Origin: Sedimentisphaeraceae bacterium JB056
Lineage (GTDB): Bacteria; Planctomycetota; Phycisphaerae; Sedimentisphaerales; Sedimentisphaeraceae
NCBI GenBank assembly: GCA_044440125.1
Contig: JBITAJ010000011.1
Span: forward strand, 1-64,000
Direction: 5' to 3'
DNA length: 64,000 bases
Shown: in pieces, positions 29,688-39,667 of the stretch
Layout: each line of letters opens with the position of its first letter
Position numbering within the stretch: the stretch's first letter is position 1
Notes under the pieces: generated by a model
Told to the model about the DNA's origin: nothing
Seen by the model: the letters and a program-made list of their open reading frames with translations, nothing else
Databases searched by the model: none
Translations under genes and position numbers: made by a program

Positions 29688-31316
29688 TCAAATCTCTTCA
29701 AGCGGCCAGAATACATTATCATAGCCTTTATCATCCCAGATAGAACCGCAATCAGATTTGTCTTTTAAGCTTAGTCTTTTGCCGCCATCGTCAGTTTCAT
29801 CAACACCAAAGCTATACAAGACGAAAGAATCACCTTCTCTGGAATAGACCAACCGCTCTCCACTGAAAGGATTAACCGGAATCTCCTGAATATACCCATC
29901 ACATAAAAGCGGTGTCAACGAGTCAGGATATACACCCTTATCTGCCTTGTAGACATGAAGAGCAAGAATCAAATTGGCAGCATCAAAATCCGCCTGTGTT
30001 CGATAATTGGTCAGAATACATCTTGCGAAAGGCTCTGAAAGATTGCCCAACAGGAAATATTGGCTCGAACTCTCTCTCAAAATCGACTCCAAATCATCAA
30101 TCATATAAGGAGGAGTCTTTGAATAATTTTTCATTTTGTCATAGAACGAATCTATCACCTCAAATTGCTTTTCCTTATCAGGAAAAGCAAACAATACTTT
30201 TAGATTATCCGAAACAGAATTTAATTCCCCATACATAGCCTTATAGGCACTAAATCTGGCTCGTTTCAAATAGAAATGACCACCTATAGGGGTCTCAACT
30301 ATGCTGCGTTGAACCTCATCAAGAGCCAAGTATTTCTCTCCTTCAAAGTCCAGCATAAAATCGAAACGCTCTTTAATCTTTGAAAGCTCATCCTTAATAT
30401 AAACCAAATCATCCTGCGGAACATCAAAGTCATTAACGATATTAAGCAGAGTCATATTGGAATACTTCAAACACGCTAAACCTACAAGCTGTTCAATCAG
30501 TGTCTTACGGCTATACCTATGCTTTGAGGCTCTGTAAGAGACCAGCAAATCATCAAATGCCGATTTGAAATCTCCATCACTTGCCGCAAAATAAGCCCGC
30601 CAAAGGATTACCCGGGTAAGACTTCGCCATTCGCTAAGATGCGGCACAAGCATAGTAACCACTTCTCCGGTTTCTGATGTATATTCCCTGTAAAAATATG
30701 GCTTTAAGCTGCCAGCTTCGAAGTAATCTATGGATTTTTGATTTGCCTCAATCCATTCTCTTATGACAATTTCATCTTCTTGGCTTATAGCAGAATAATC
30801 CTGCATCTTTCTCGTATTAAACTTTTTCCCATCAACAATTTCAGAAAGATCTACGTAGCTGTCAGTAGCCTTTGTATAAAGCTCCAATCCATTCTGAGAT
30901 TCATCAATATTAATTTCCGGTCTTGAATATTGATTATACTTAGACACATAATCAGTACTAATAACAGGCTTACCGCTGAGAAACCATGCACTGTAAAGAA
31001 CTATAAGCAGCAAAAACGAGCCCACTACCTGACACGAACGTATCATAAATTTTACCCACCACGGACGGCAGCGTTTCTTTGCCCTTCGCATCAGCTTGCC
31101 GAGCATCGCCGCATCGCCGAACTCGCTTATCAGTTTTTGGGCTTCTTTCTCCCTCTCAGCTTCTCCGCTCATATGATTCAATGCATCTGCAAAGTGATCC
31201 ATAAGCTCCTGCCTCACATCCTCCCGCACTCTTCGCCGCCAACGCATCTTCCTAATAACATCATCGACATACTCGACAGCAATTTGCGGCAACTCTTTGA
31301 CTCCATTAGTCCCCAT
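29688..31316 (-). CDS. Paralog 2 of the same family
   Basis: Same architecture; 79 of 89 N-terminal residues identical to paralog 1 (counted by hand). Confidence 0.8.
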   Translation of the reverse strand: MGTNGVKELPQIAVEYVDDVIRKMRWRRRVREDVRQELMDHFADALNHMSGEAEREKEAQKLISEFGDAAMLGKLMRRAKKRCRPWWVKFMIRSCQVVGSFLLLIVLYSAWFLSGKPVISTDYVSKYNQYSRPEINIDESQNGLELYTKATDSYVDLSEIVDGKKFNTRKMQDYSAISQEDEIVIREWIEANQKSIDYFEAGSLKPYFYREYTSETGEVVTMLVPHLSEWRSLTRVILWRAYFAASDGDFKSAFDDLLVSYRASKHRYSRKTLIEQLVGLACLKYSNMTLLNIVNDFDVPQDDLVYIKDELSKIKERFDFMLDFEGEKYLALDEVQRSIVETPIGGHFYLKRARFSAYKAMYGELNSVSDNLKVLFAFPDKEKQFEVIDSFYDKMKNYSKTPPYMIDDLESILRESSSQYFLLGNLSEPFARCILTNYRTQADFDAANLILALHVYKADKGVYPDSLTPLLCDGYIQEIPVNPFSGERLVYSREGDSFVLYSFGVDETDDGGKRLSLKDKSDCGSIWDDKGYDNVFWPLEEI

Positions 31317-31335
31317 ATTAAAATCTCCTTAATAA

Positions 31336-31680
31336 TCAGCCTAAAGCAACACTTCCACCGCCGAATATAAGCTCCAGCCCTTCCCGAAGACCTGCCCACT
31401 GATCTTTCTGAGCTGCAAGCCGTTTAGAGCCTTTGCTTGTAATGGAGTAGAATTTGCGTTTGCGGCTGCCCTGCTCCTCTTCCCACTCAGAGGCGACAAG
31501 CCCCTTGGCCTCAAGATTGTACAGCAAAGGATAGAGCGTCCCCTTGCCAAGCGTAAAAATGCCGCCACTGCGTTTTTCAATGGCCGTACTCAGCTCATAG
31601 CCGTACATTTTCCCCCGTGAAAGCACCTCAAGAACGATCATAGGCGCCACACCTTTCATCAATTCGCGTTCAAATTTCAT
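31336..31680 (-). CDS. PadR-family transcriptional regulator
   Basis: MYGYEL, GTLYPLL..LE..GLV, RKRKFYSITSKG; start at 31680 or 31686 after AAGGGAG. Confidence 0.93.
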   Translation of the reverse strand: MKFERELMKGVAPMIVLEVLSRGKMYGYELSTAIEKRSGGIFTLGKGTLYPLLYNLEAKGLVASEWEEEQGSRKRKFYSITSKGSKRLAAQKDQWAGLREGLELIFGGGSVALG

Positions 31681-31718
31681 TATCATATCTCCCTTAATAA
31701 TAGTTTGCTTCACATAGT

Positions 31719-31769
31719 TTACATAACATAGTATGTAATACATACTATCACATCAAAAAATATTGTCAA
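31719..31769 (-). promoter_or_regulatory. padR promoter with overlapping palindromes (candidate operator)
   Basis: Minus strand TTGACA-16-TAGTAT with extended -10 TG; palindromes TTACATA-N6-TATGTAA (31719-31738) and AGTATGTA-A-TACATACT (31730-31746). Confidence 0.65.
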
Positions 31770-31807
31770 CATCTTTTTATCAGATTTTTAAACCAGCCTC
31801 AATCCTC

Positions 31808-32016
31808 TTTGGAGTGCGGTTGAAAGCAAAGCGCAATGCCGCTTTGGAATAAATGCCGCCAATAACCCAGCCAATACAATTACAATCTAAAGCTGCAAGA
31901 ACGCAGAGAGAACAACAGGTATATTAAAATTGCGACTTTGTGACCTTACGTCAAATATCATTATATCGCCAAAATTCCAAAGCGGTGCCGCCTTAAGGTT
32001 GGCCCCGCACTCCAAA
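31808..32016. repeat. Inverted pair of REP-like palindromes (REPIN-like)
   Basis: Outer perfect 12-bp IR tttggagtgcgg/ccgcactccaaa and inner perfect 12-bp IR ccgctttggaat/attccaaagcgg. Confidence 0.75.
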
Positions 32017-32032
32017 ACACTACTTCCAAGCA

Positions 32033-33349
32033 TCACTTAATCGGCCAGAATACGGCATCATAGTCTTCTCCACCATCATCAACACCATCCTCTCCAATAC
32101 CATACAGTAAGAAAGAATCCACCTGCCGGCTGTAAATAAAAGACTTACCGCTAAAGGAGTCAATTGGCAATTGGTCAATATAACCTTCATCAACAAGCTG
32201 ATTCAACGATTCAGGAAAGTATCCGTTGTCAATCTTAAATAAATGCAGATCAACAACAAGAATGCTCGCCTCATTACTATCATTAGTTCGCCAAACCAAA
32301 TATGCAACCTGACTTAAAAAAGGCTTTACTGTTGCAAACATAAAGTTTTCTCCAACTTCAGCAGCAACAGCTTCCTCATAACTTCCAACTACATAAGGAG
32401 GCTTTCTGTAATTTGAATCCACACTTTTATAAAGAACGGCCGCATCATCCATACATTCCTGCTTACCCGGCGGGAAAAATACAATCTTCATAAAATCCGT
32501 AAAGGACTCTGGTTCGTTCTTCAAGAAAGCATTATCAGATCCATTAAAACTCTCAGGATACCAATGATCACCAATCGGGGTAACCACAAAACTGCGTTGT
32601 ATCCCATCAAGCATCATATAACGTTCCGACTCTATATCTAAAGGTTTCCCGATTTGAGCAGAAGATATCTCAAGCTCATTTTTTATCTCTGTCAGCTCCT
32701 CTCGCGACAAATCAAATTCTTGAATGAATAAACAGGCAGCGTCTGATGCGCAGCGAGCCAAAGCAATACCGACTATCTGTTCAATAAGAGTTTTTTGAGA
32801 CTTTATATGCGCCGCAGTCCGAAAAACAACCTTCAAATCATCAATACCTTCTGTAAAATCACCATCACTCAAGGCAAAATAAGATTGCCACAGAAAAGAA
32901 TAAATCATCTTTCTGGTAATACCCAAGTTGGGTAATTCAATATCTGTAAGAGGAGCATTCTCGATTAATGAATATTCTCTCCAGTAATATTTTTTCTCAC
33001 TTCCCTCTCGCCACAATTCCATTGCTTCTTTATTTTCTTCAATCCACCTGCATACTAACTTTTCCTGATCAGAACTGATAACAAAGAAATCTAAACTTAT
33101 AGGATCAAATTCATCTTCCTGTTCAGGGAATGGACTATAAACTTCTGCGGCATTATCAAAGAAAGTTGCCGCGTTTTCTTCATCCTTTATTTCAAATTCG
33201 GGTTTAATAAACTCATTAAGCTCTGCCAAATAATCATGGTCAATAGTCGGCTCACCCGTAGCTAACCAAAAATACGCAACTACCGCCAGCAACACAACCG
33301 CACCAACAAACCCACCTAACCACAACAATATTTTACTTATCAATTTCAA
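32033..33349 (-). CDS. Paralog 3, lacking the N-terminal HAAS-like domain
   Basis: Starts at the TM; shares ENAA, TLIEQ.VG, QRSFV.TPIG.H.Y, FPESL..L..DGYI and YDAVFWP with paralogs 1 and 2. Confidence 0.8.
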   Translation of the reverse strand: MKLISKILLWLGGFVGAVVLLAVVAYFWLATGEPTIDHDYLAELNEFIKPEFEIKDEENAATFFDNAAEVYSPFPEQEDEFDPISLDFFVISSDQEKLVCRWIEENKEAMELWREGSEKKYYWREYSLIENAPLTDIELPNLGITRKMIYSFLWQSYFALSDGDFTEGIDDLKVVFRTAAHIKSQKTLIEQIVGIALARCASDAACLFIQEFDLSREELTEIKNELEISSAQIGKPLDIESERYMMLDGIQRSFVVTPIGDHWYPESFNGSDNAFLKNEPESFTDFMKIVFFPPGKQECMDDAAVLYKSVDSNYRKPPYVVGSYEEAVAAEVGENFMFATVKPFLSQVAYLVWRTNDSNEASILVVDLHLFKIDNGYFPESLNQLVDEGYIDQLPIDSFSGKSFIYSRQVDSFLLYGIGEDGVDDGGEDYDAVFWPIK

Positions 33350-33617
33350 CCCTTATCATTATTATCTGAATTTATATAAATTTCATTTTCGAGATATTTT
33401 TCAATCTTTTCCTTAAGCTCATTATCATAAATATATAATCCTAAATCAAATCCAGACGGAAAAAGCTCCTGCTCTCCCCCTTAAACTTTCTAACTTTTCA
33501 CACTTTTGAATCGTCTATATCATGCGTAAGCAATAATTATCGTGAGCAAAGCGAACCCCACAATTCCTAATTCCTAATTTGTAATTAATTTGCGTCTTAG
33601 CGTCCTTGCGTTGAATT

Positions 33618-35297
33618 TTAAATCCAGAACGAGAAGTATAAATATATCCCAATCACCAGCGAGATTGTAGCGACTGTCAGCAGCACATCCCACTTACCCC
33701 AACTCTCTCGTATCGCCTTCTTGTCCTCGGCACTGAATGTCTGGAAGGTAAGCCCGGCCACCTTTTCTGCTGCCGGTTCCTTTGAGTTGAGCGAGATAAA
33801 TATAACCAGTATCACGCTGAATATAAATAGCACGCCTGAGAAATACAGGAAGTTGAAATCGCCAACAGCCGCAAGAGCCGCCGGATTTCCTATCTTTCCC
33901 GCCCCGTAAAACGCCTGAACGGTGAGCTTTATCATGCCAAGCACGAAGCCAACCGTCAAGCCCCAGAATGCACCATGCCTGTTAATGCGTTTCCAGAACA
34001 GGCCAAGCAGGAATACCGCGGTTATCGGAGGAGCAAGATAGCTCTGCACGCTCTGCAAATACTCATACAGCCCGCCGTCAGCAATCCTGTACATAACCGG
34101 TATCCACAGTATACCCAGACCGACCACGATGCCCGTAGCGAATCGCCCGACAGTAACAAGATGCTTCTCCGACTGCCCCGGCTTAATCTTCTCGTAGATA
34201 TCAACCGTAAACAGCGATGCACACGAATTGAACAGCGAAGACAGCGAGCTCATCAACGCCGCCAGCAAACCGCCCACAACAAGCCCGCGGACACCCACCG
34301 GCAACAAGTTCATAACCATAATGGAGAACACCTGATCGCCATCGAGATTGCCGTTATCCTTGAGCGGGATAGATATAAGCCCGTTCTTGTGAAGAGCATA
34401 CCCAATCATGCCCGGCACGAGAAATATAAACACCGGCCACACCTTCAGAAAACCACCCCACAAAGCACCACGGCGGGCGTTTGTAAGATTCTTAGCCGCC
34501 AAAGTCCTCTGCACAATATACTGATCGGTACACCAATACCATATACCCACAATCGGCGAAGCAATCATTACGCCGAGCCATGGAAAATCCGGATCGGTAA
34601 GCGGATTCCACAACGCCATATTAGCCGCGTTGAGTTGGCAGGCATCCTGAAGCTGCCCCCAGCCGCCAAGCTTATTAAGCCCGAAATACGTGATAAACGC
34701 CGAGCCGACAAGCAGTATCATAGCCTGAGCCGTATCGGTATACACCACCGCACGAAGCCCGCCGAATATCGTATAAACACCCGTAAGGATTACAGTTGTG
34801 AATGCTCCAACCCAGAACGCCATCTCCGGCGTACTGAAAAGATCCGGCAGCAGCGCCTCGAACACCTTCGCCCCCGCATACACCGTAACCGATACCTTTG
34901 TAAACACGTAAGCCACCAGCGAAACGCATGAAAGCAGCCAACGCGTGCGTGAATCGAAACGTTTTTCAAGGAATTCCGGCATAGTGAACACGCCGCTGCG
35001 ATAATAGAACGGCACAAATACCCATGCCAGCATCATCATTATCCAGGCATGAAGTTCCCAGTGTGCCATCGCCATACCGCGAGTCGCCCCGCTGCCGGCA
35101 AGCCCCACAATATGCTCCGAGCCGATATTGGAAGCGAAAAGAGAGGCACCAACCGCAAACCAACCGATATTACGCCCGGCAAGGAAATAATCCTCAGATG
35201 TATCCTGCTTCTTCGACGACCACCAAACAACAAGACCAAGAATGAAAAAGTAAGCTCCAAGAACAACCCAGTCAAGCAAAACAAGTGATGAATCCAT
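33618..35297 (-). CDS. Sodium:solute (sugar) symporter, SSS family
   Basis: YFLAGRN, SLFASNIGSEH, TMPEFL..RF, GGLRAVVYTD, WYWCTDQYIVQR, AALMSSL. Confidence 0.94.
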   Translation of the reverse strand: MDSSLVLLDWVVLGAYFFILGLVVWWSSKKQDTSEDYFLAGRNIGWFAVGASLFASNIGSEHIVGLAGSGATRGMAMAHWELHAWIMMMLAWVFVPFYYRSGVFTMPEFLEKRFDSRTRWLLSCVSLVAYVFTKVSVTVYAGAKVFEALLPDLFSTPEMAFWVGAFTTVILTGVYTIFGGLRAVVYTDTAQAMILLVGSAFITYFGLNKLGGWGQLQDACQLNAANMALWNPLTDPDFPWLGVMIASPIVGIWYWCTDQYIVQRTLAAKNLTNARRGALWGGFLKVWPVFIFLVPGMIGYALHKNGLISIPLKDNGNLDGDQVFSIMVMNLLPVGVRGLVVGGLLAALMSSLSSLFNSCASLFTVDIYEKIKPGQSEKHLVTVGRFATGIVVGLGILWIPVMYRIADGGLYEYLQSVQSYLAPPITAVFLLGLFWKRINRHGAFWGLTVGFVLGMIKLTVQAFYGAGKIGNPAALAAVGDFNFLYFSGVLFIFSVILVIFISLNSKEPAAEKVAGLTFQTFSAEDKKAIRESWGKWDVLLTVATISLVIGIYLYFSFWI

Positions 35298-35380
35298 TGC
35301 AATCTCCTTTTTTTAAACCTATCTCAGCCTTAAACCAACAACCAGCCATATAAAATCTCAAACGTTAGCAAACTCCTCTA

Positions 35381-35436
35381 CTGATTGCTGATCACTGATA
35401 GCTAATTACTAATCGATCATTGCTAACAGCTAATTA
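35381..35436. repeat. Degenerate 7-bp tandem repeat (CTRATnn)
   Basis: ctgattg ctgatca ctgatag ctaatta ctaatcg atcattg ctaacag ctaatta. Confidence 0.6.
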
Positions 35437-35576
35437 AACTATCTATATTAATTCTAATAATTTACATTAAATTTGTCAAACAATTTCAAAACTGTAAATC
35501 ATCCAGCAGCCAATCGTATGTATACTTTTTTTATTTTTAATTAGACCATACACCCTTATTCAGCTAAAATACATAC

Positions 35577-36428
35577 ATGATAGCAAGTTACGAAGAAACA
35601 AAAGAACTTAACGATCACTGCTTTATAGCAAAAGATCTAAACTGCCCAAAATTCCCCTTCTACTGGCATTACAACAATTGCTTCGAACTGACGGTAATAT
35701 TAAGGGGAAGCGGCAACCGTTATATTGGTAGCAATATAAGCGAATTCTCAGCGGGCGAACTCGTTCTCATAGGCCCCAACCTGCCGCACACATGGGATTC
35801 ATGCGAAAACCAAACCAATTCCCGCGCAATAGTCTTTCACTTTACAGAAAATTCATGCGGCGAGGGGCTATTTGATAAAAATGAGATGCAGGACATCAAA
35901 AAAATGCTGAACAGGTCAAAAAACGGACTCCTGTTTACCCCAACAGCAACTCAGACCGTAATAGAAAACATATCCGCACTGCCGGTATTGGACGGCTGGC
36001 AGAGAATAACAACACTTCTTGAAATTCTCGGCAAACTGAGCAAAGCAGACTGTCGTACAATATCGGAAAACAGCAATTTCGGCTCCCTCGACCAAAAATC
36101 ACAAGACAGATTCAGCAGAGTATGCAGCTTTATAAACACCAACTTCACCGACCCGCAACTCTCACAAGCTGATATAGCCGCACAAATACACATGAGCAGT
36201 TCAAGATTCAGCCAGTTTTTCAAGCAAATCTGCGGCAAAAGCTACATAGAGTACCTCAATAGTACAAGATTGAACCACGCATGTAAAATGCTTATAGAAA
36301 CTGACAAGTCAATCACTGAAATATGCTTCGAATCAGGATTCAGCAACATAGCAAACTTCAATCGACACTTCAAAAAGCAAAAGGTAAAAACACCAAGACA
36401 ATACCGCTACGCGTTCACAAAACAATGA
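35577..36428 (+). CDS. AraC-family transcriptional regulator
   Basis: Cupin N-terminus (WHY..FEL, LIGPNLPH); C-terminal HTH (SITEICFESGFSNIANFNRHFKK..TPRQYR). Confidence 0.93.
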   Translation: MIASYEETKELNDHCFIAKDLNCPKFPFYWHYNNCFELTVILRGSGNRYIGSNISEFSAGELVLIGPNLPHTWDSCENQTNSRAIVFHFTENSCGEGLFDKNEMQDIKKMLNRSKNGLLFTPTATQTVIENISALPVLDGWQRITTLLEILGKLSKADCRTISENSNFGSLDQKSQDRFSRVCSFINTNFTDPQLSQADIAAQIHMSSSRFSQFFKQICGKSYIEYLNSTRLNHACKMLIETDKSITEICFESGFSNIANFNRHFKKQKVKTPRQYRYAFTKQ

Positions 36429-36649
36429 TTAAGTATGCAACCTTGAATAAAAGAATCATTAAATCTGATAAACCAACCTGAATTTCATCCAACTCAATTG
36501 AGAGAGAATACAATATCAAACGTCGTATTTTCCGAGAGTGCCAAAGTGTTTAATTTAATTTTACTTGAAAAAACACATCAAGCATATTACTATTTGTCAT
36601 ATTGTAAGTTCAAGGGTTTAGAATCTAAGATGGAACTATTGAGGGATAT

Positions 36650-37465
36650 ATGGACTACAGCGTTCAAACAGTCTTGTTAGCATTCGGATTCACACTGATA
36701 GCCGGTTTATCTACGGGTATAGGCGCGGCATTAGCTTTCTTTACAAGAAAAACCAACACGAAATTTCTGTCACTGGCATTGGGCTTCTCAGCCGGCGTTA
36801 TGATATACGTCTCCTTCATAGAAATTTTCCAGAAAGCAAGAACAAGCCTCAGCGAAGTAGCCGGCGCATATTGGGGGACTATATACGCGGTCATAGGCTT
36901 TTTTGGCGGTATAGCGATAATTGCGATAATCGACAAGCTAATACCAGATGTAGAAAATCCGCATGAAATGCATAAAATCGAGGAAATCAAGCAAAGCATT
37001 GACACCTCCAGCCCCGATTTGATGCGTATGGGACTCTTCGCCGCCCTCGCGATTGGAATACACAATTTCCCTGAAGGCTTTGCTACATTTATGAGTGCAC
37101 TCAAAGACCCGAAACTGGGCGTTGCAATCACCACGGCAATCGCAATACATAATATACCGGAAGGAATCGCCGTAAGCGTGCCGATATACTACGCAACAGC
37201 CAACCGTTCTAAAGCGTTCTGGCTTTCCACTCTATCAGGGATCGCCGAGCCGGTTGGTGCGGCAATAGGTTTCTTGATACTCAGACAATTTATGACTGAC
37301 TACGTATTCGGCTTTTCATTTGCGGCAGTTGCTGGTATAATGGTGTTCATATCGCTTGACGAGCTTTTGCCTGCCGCCCAGCGTTACGGCGAACACCACC
37401 TTTCGATATATGGATTAATATCAGGGATGGCGATAATGGCACTGTCATTGATAATGTTTTTATAA
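36650..37465 (+). CDS. zupT: ZIP-family metal transporter ZupT
   Basis: GFSAGVMIYVS, IHNFPEG, IHNIPEG, SG.AEP, ISLDELLP. Confidence 0.93.
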   Translation: MDYSVQTVLLAFGFTLIAGLSTGIGAALAFFTRKTNTKFLSLALGFSAGVMIYVSFIEIFQKARTSLSEVAGAYWGTIYAVIGFFGGIAIIAIIDKLIPDVENPHEMHKIEEIKQSIDTSSPDLMRMGLFAALAIGIHNFPEGFATFMSALKDPKLGVAITTAIAIHNIPEGIAVSVPIYYATANRSKAFWLSTLSGIAEPVGAAIGFLILRQFMTDYVFGFSFAAVAGIMVFISLDELLPAAQRYGEHHLSIYGLISGMAIMALSLIMFL

Positions 37466-37548
37466 AAGAAGGCAAACAGGCTCTTGGTAAAAACTGAGCT
37501 TAGCCTGGAATTAATTGCCGGCTAATGCCTTCAATATGAGTAGAATAT

Positions 37549-38256
37549 ATGAATAATGAAATGAACCAGACGATAGAACAAAATAAGCCTGACAGCAATA
37601 ACCAGCCGACCTCTAATGCCTCGTGCCTGATGCCTGATGGCTGTTCTGTAAAAACAATAATATTTGATTGGGGCGGCGTATTAATCGACCCGCCGGCAGC
37701 GAATATCATCAACTATTGTTCACGTGTCACAGGCATCTCTGGCGAGGATTTCATGAATGCATACCGCCAGATCGAGTTTGACTTTTACAGGGGAACCATC
37801 TCCGAGCCGCAGTTGTGGCAGCATATATGCTCTGTTAACGGGATTGATACCCCTGCTGAATGCCTGAATGAAGGACGTTCGAAATGGTTAATGGCGTTTG
37901 ACACCGCATATAAACCGAGACCGGAGATGTTTAAAATCATTGCCGATCTAAAAAATAACGGCTACAAGATCGGGCTTCTATCAAACGCGGAATTGCCTGT
38001 TTTGACGTATTTCGAAGAGGAAATTTACGAGGATTTCGACTTCAGCGTGTTTTCGTGTATAGAGCAAATGGCAAAACCTGATGCTGAAATATACCATCTG
38101 GCCGCCGAGAAAGCTCAAATGCCGGCAGAAAAATGCCTTTTCGTCGACGACAAAGAAGAAAACACAAACGCAGCAGAAAAAATAGGTATGAAAGCAATCC
38201 ATTTCAAGAATTTTGATGATTTCAAAGAGAAACTCTTGCTTCTCTGCCAAATATAA
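37549..38256 (+). CDS. HAD-family phosphatase
   Basis: FDWGGVL, LLSN, KPD..IY, FVDD..EN; start may be 37561 or later. Confidence 0.88.
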   Translation: MNNEMNQTIEQNKPDSNNQPTSNASCLMPDGCSVKTIIFDWGGVLIDPPAANIINYCSRVTGISGEDFMNAYRQIEFDFYRGTISEPQLWQHICSVNGIDTPAECLNEGRSKWLMAFDTAYKPRPEMFKIIADLKNNGYKIGLLSNAELPVLTYFEEEIYEDFDFSVFSCIEQMAKPDAEIYHLAAEKAQMPAEKCLFVDDKEENTNAAEKIGMKAIHFKNFDDFKEKLLLLCQI

Positions 38257-38257
38257 T

Positions 38258-39628
38258 ATGCCAGAAACCGAGATAAAAAAAACGAAAGAACACCCCGACC
38301 TATACAAGAAAGTAATAAAAGGCGGTTTCTGGGTATTCGCACTAAGAATATTCACTCAGCTAATGAGCATTCTTAGACTCGCAATTCTGGCGAGAATACT
38401 TTCGAAAACTGATTTCGGATTAATTGGCATAGCCCTGCTTCTTATTAGTATACTTGGCACTATCACACAAACCGGATTTCAAGCCGCTCTTGTTCAGAAG
38501 AAAGAGAATATTACACCTTTTTTAAATACGGCATGGACTACAAATATAATAAGAGGGATTATTCTTTATTCTTTATTATATTTTATTGCACCATTCGCCG
38601 CTAAGATTAAAGTCCCAATAGAACAGTATGAAACAGCTTTAGCTATAATAAGGGTAACTGGACTTTCAATTATAATTGGAAGTTTATCAAACATTGGAAT
38701 TGTTTACTTTCAAAAAGATCTACAATTCAATAAAACATTCCAGATTAATTCTATATCGAACCTGTTGGGTATAGCTATCTCTATAATAATTGCAATCATA
38801 TATAAAAGCCCTTGGGCATTAGTCGCAGGTAGACTAACAAATACAACAATCTCTGTTTTACTAAGTTATATTTTACATCCATTTAAACCTAAATTGAATT
38901 TTGAAAAAGATAAATTCTTGGAGCTATGGCATTTTGGCCGTTGGGTCACAGGAAGCTCAATAATAGGTTTTTTCGTTAATTATGGAGACGACTTCTTTGT
39001 TTGGTTTTTCTTGGGAACAGAAGCTTTGGGACTATACCAAATGGCATACAGAATAGCAATGATACCCGCCGATTTTGGTTCTTCAATATTATCCAAAATA
39101 ACATTCCCTGCTTTTTCAAAAGTTTCAAACGATATCGAAAGACTTAAAAAAGCATATTTTAAGACCTATAAATTTGCATCCTCTTTTTCTATACCTTCAT
39201 CTGTGGCAATCTTAATCCTTTCACCAATTATGATACCTCTAATTTTAGGTGATAAATGGATACCTGCAATAATCCTCATTCAAATTCTAACTATAAAAGG
39301 TACATTTCTGACTCTTGGGGCTACACGAGGACCTCTATTTTTATCGTTAAATAAGCCTGGAATTGGAACAAAATTCAGATTTTTAAGACTTATCACCCTT
39401 TCAATAACAATTTATCCATTATGTTTATTATTAGAACTAAAAGGTGTTTGCATAGCCGTAACATTATCTTGCTTATTACCAATGGCACCTGCATATAACT
39501 TAGCTAACAAATTACTTAACGCTACATGGAAAGACATAATAGAATCATCAAAAACAGCAATACTTGTTGGAATAATCACTGGATTGCTATCTTTGGCAGT
39601 CAAATATGTCTTGAATTACTTTTTTTAG
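38258..39628 (+). CDS. Polysaccharide flippase (Wzx/WzxC-like)
   Basis: ILARILS..DFG, GFQAALVQ, LGLYQMAY, ILGDKW; many TMs. Confidence 0.88.
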   Translation: MPETEIKKTKEHPDLYKKVIKGGFWVFALRIFTQLMSILRLAILARILSKTDFGLIGIALLLISILGTITQTGFQAALVQKKENITPFLNTAWTTNIIRGIILYSLLYFIAPFAAKIKVPIEQYETALAIIRVTGLSIIIGSLSNIGIVYFQKDLQFNKTFQINSISNLLGIAISIIIAIIYKSPWALVAGRLTNTTISVLLSYILHPFKPKLNFEKDKFLELWHFGRWVTGSSIIGFFVNYGDDFFVWFFLGTEALGLYQMAYRIAMIPADFGSSILSKITFPAFSKVSNDIERLKKAYFKTYKFASSFSIPSSVAILILSPIMIPLILGDKWIPAIILIQILTIKGTFLTLGATRGPLFLSLNKPGIGTKFRFLRLITLSITIYPLCLLLELKGVCIAVTLSCLLPMAPAYNLANKLLNATWKDIIESSKTAILVGIITGLLSLAVKYVLNYFF

Positions 39629-39667
39629 GTTATAGAATATGGTTAGTAATTTCTAATTTCTTGAAAC

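Noticed and set aside
33975..34931. 318-aa plus-strand ORF, and similar long antisense ORFs at 20729-21400, 29081-29743 and 55775-56497
   Set aside because: They lie antisense to well-supported genes and carry no recognisable motifs.
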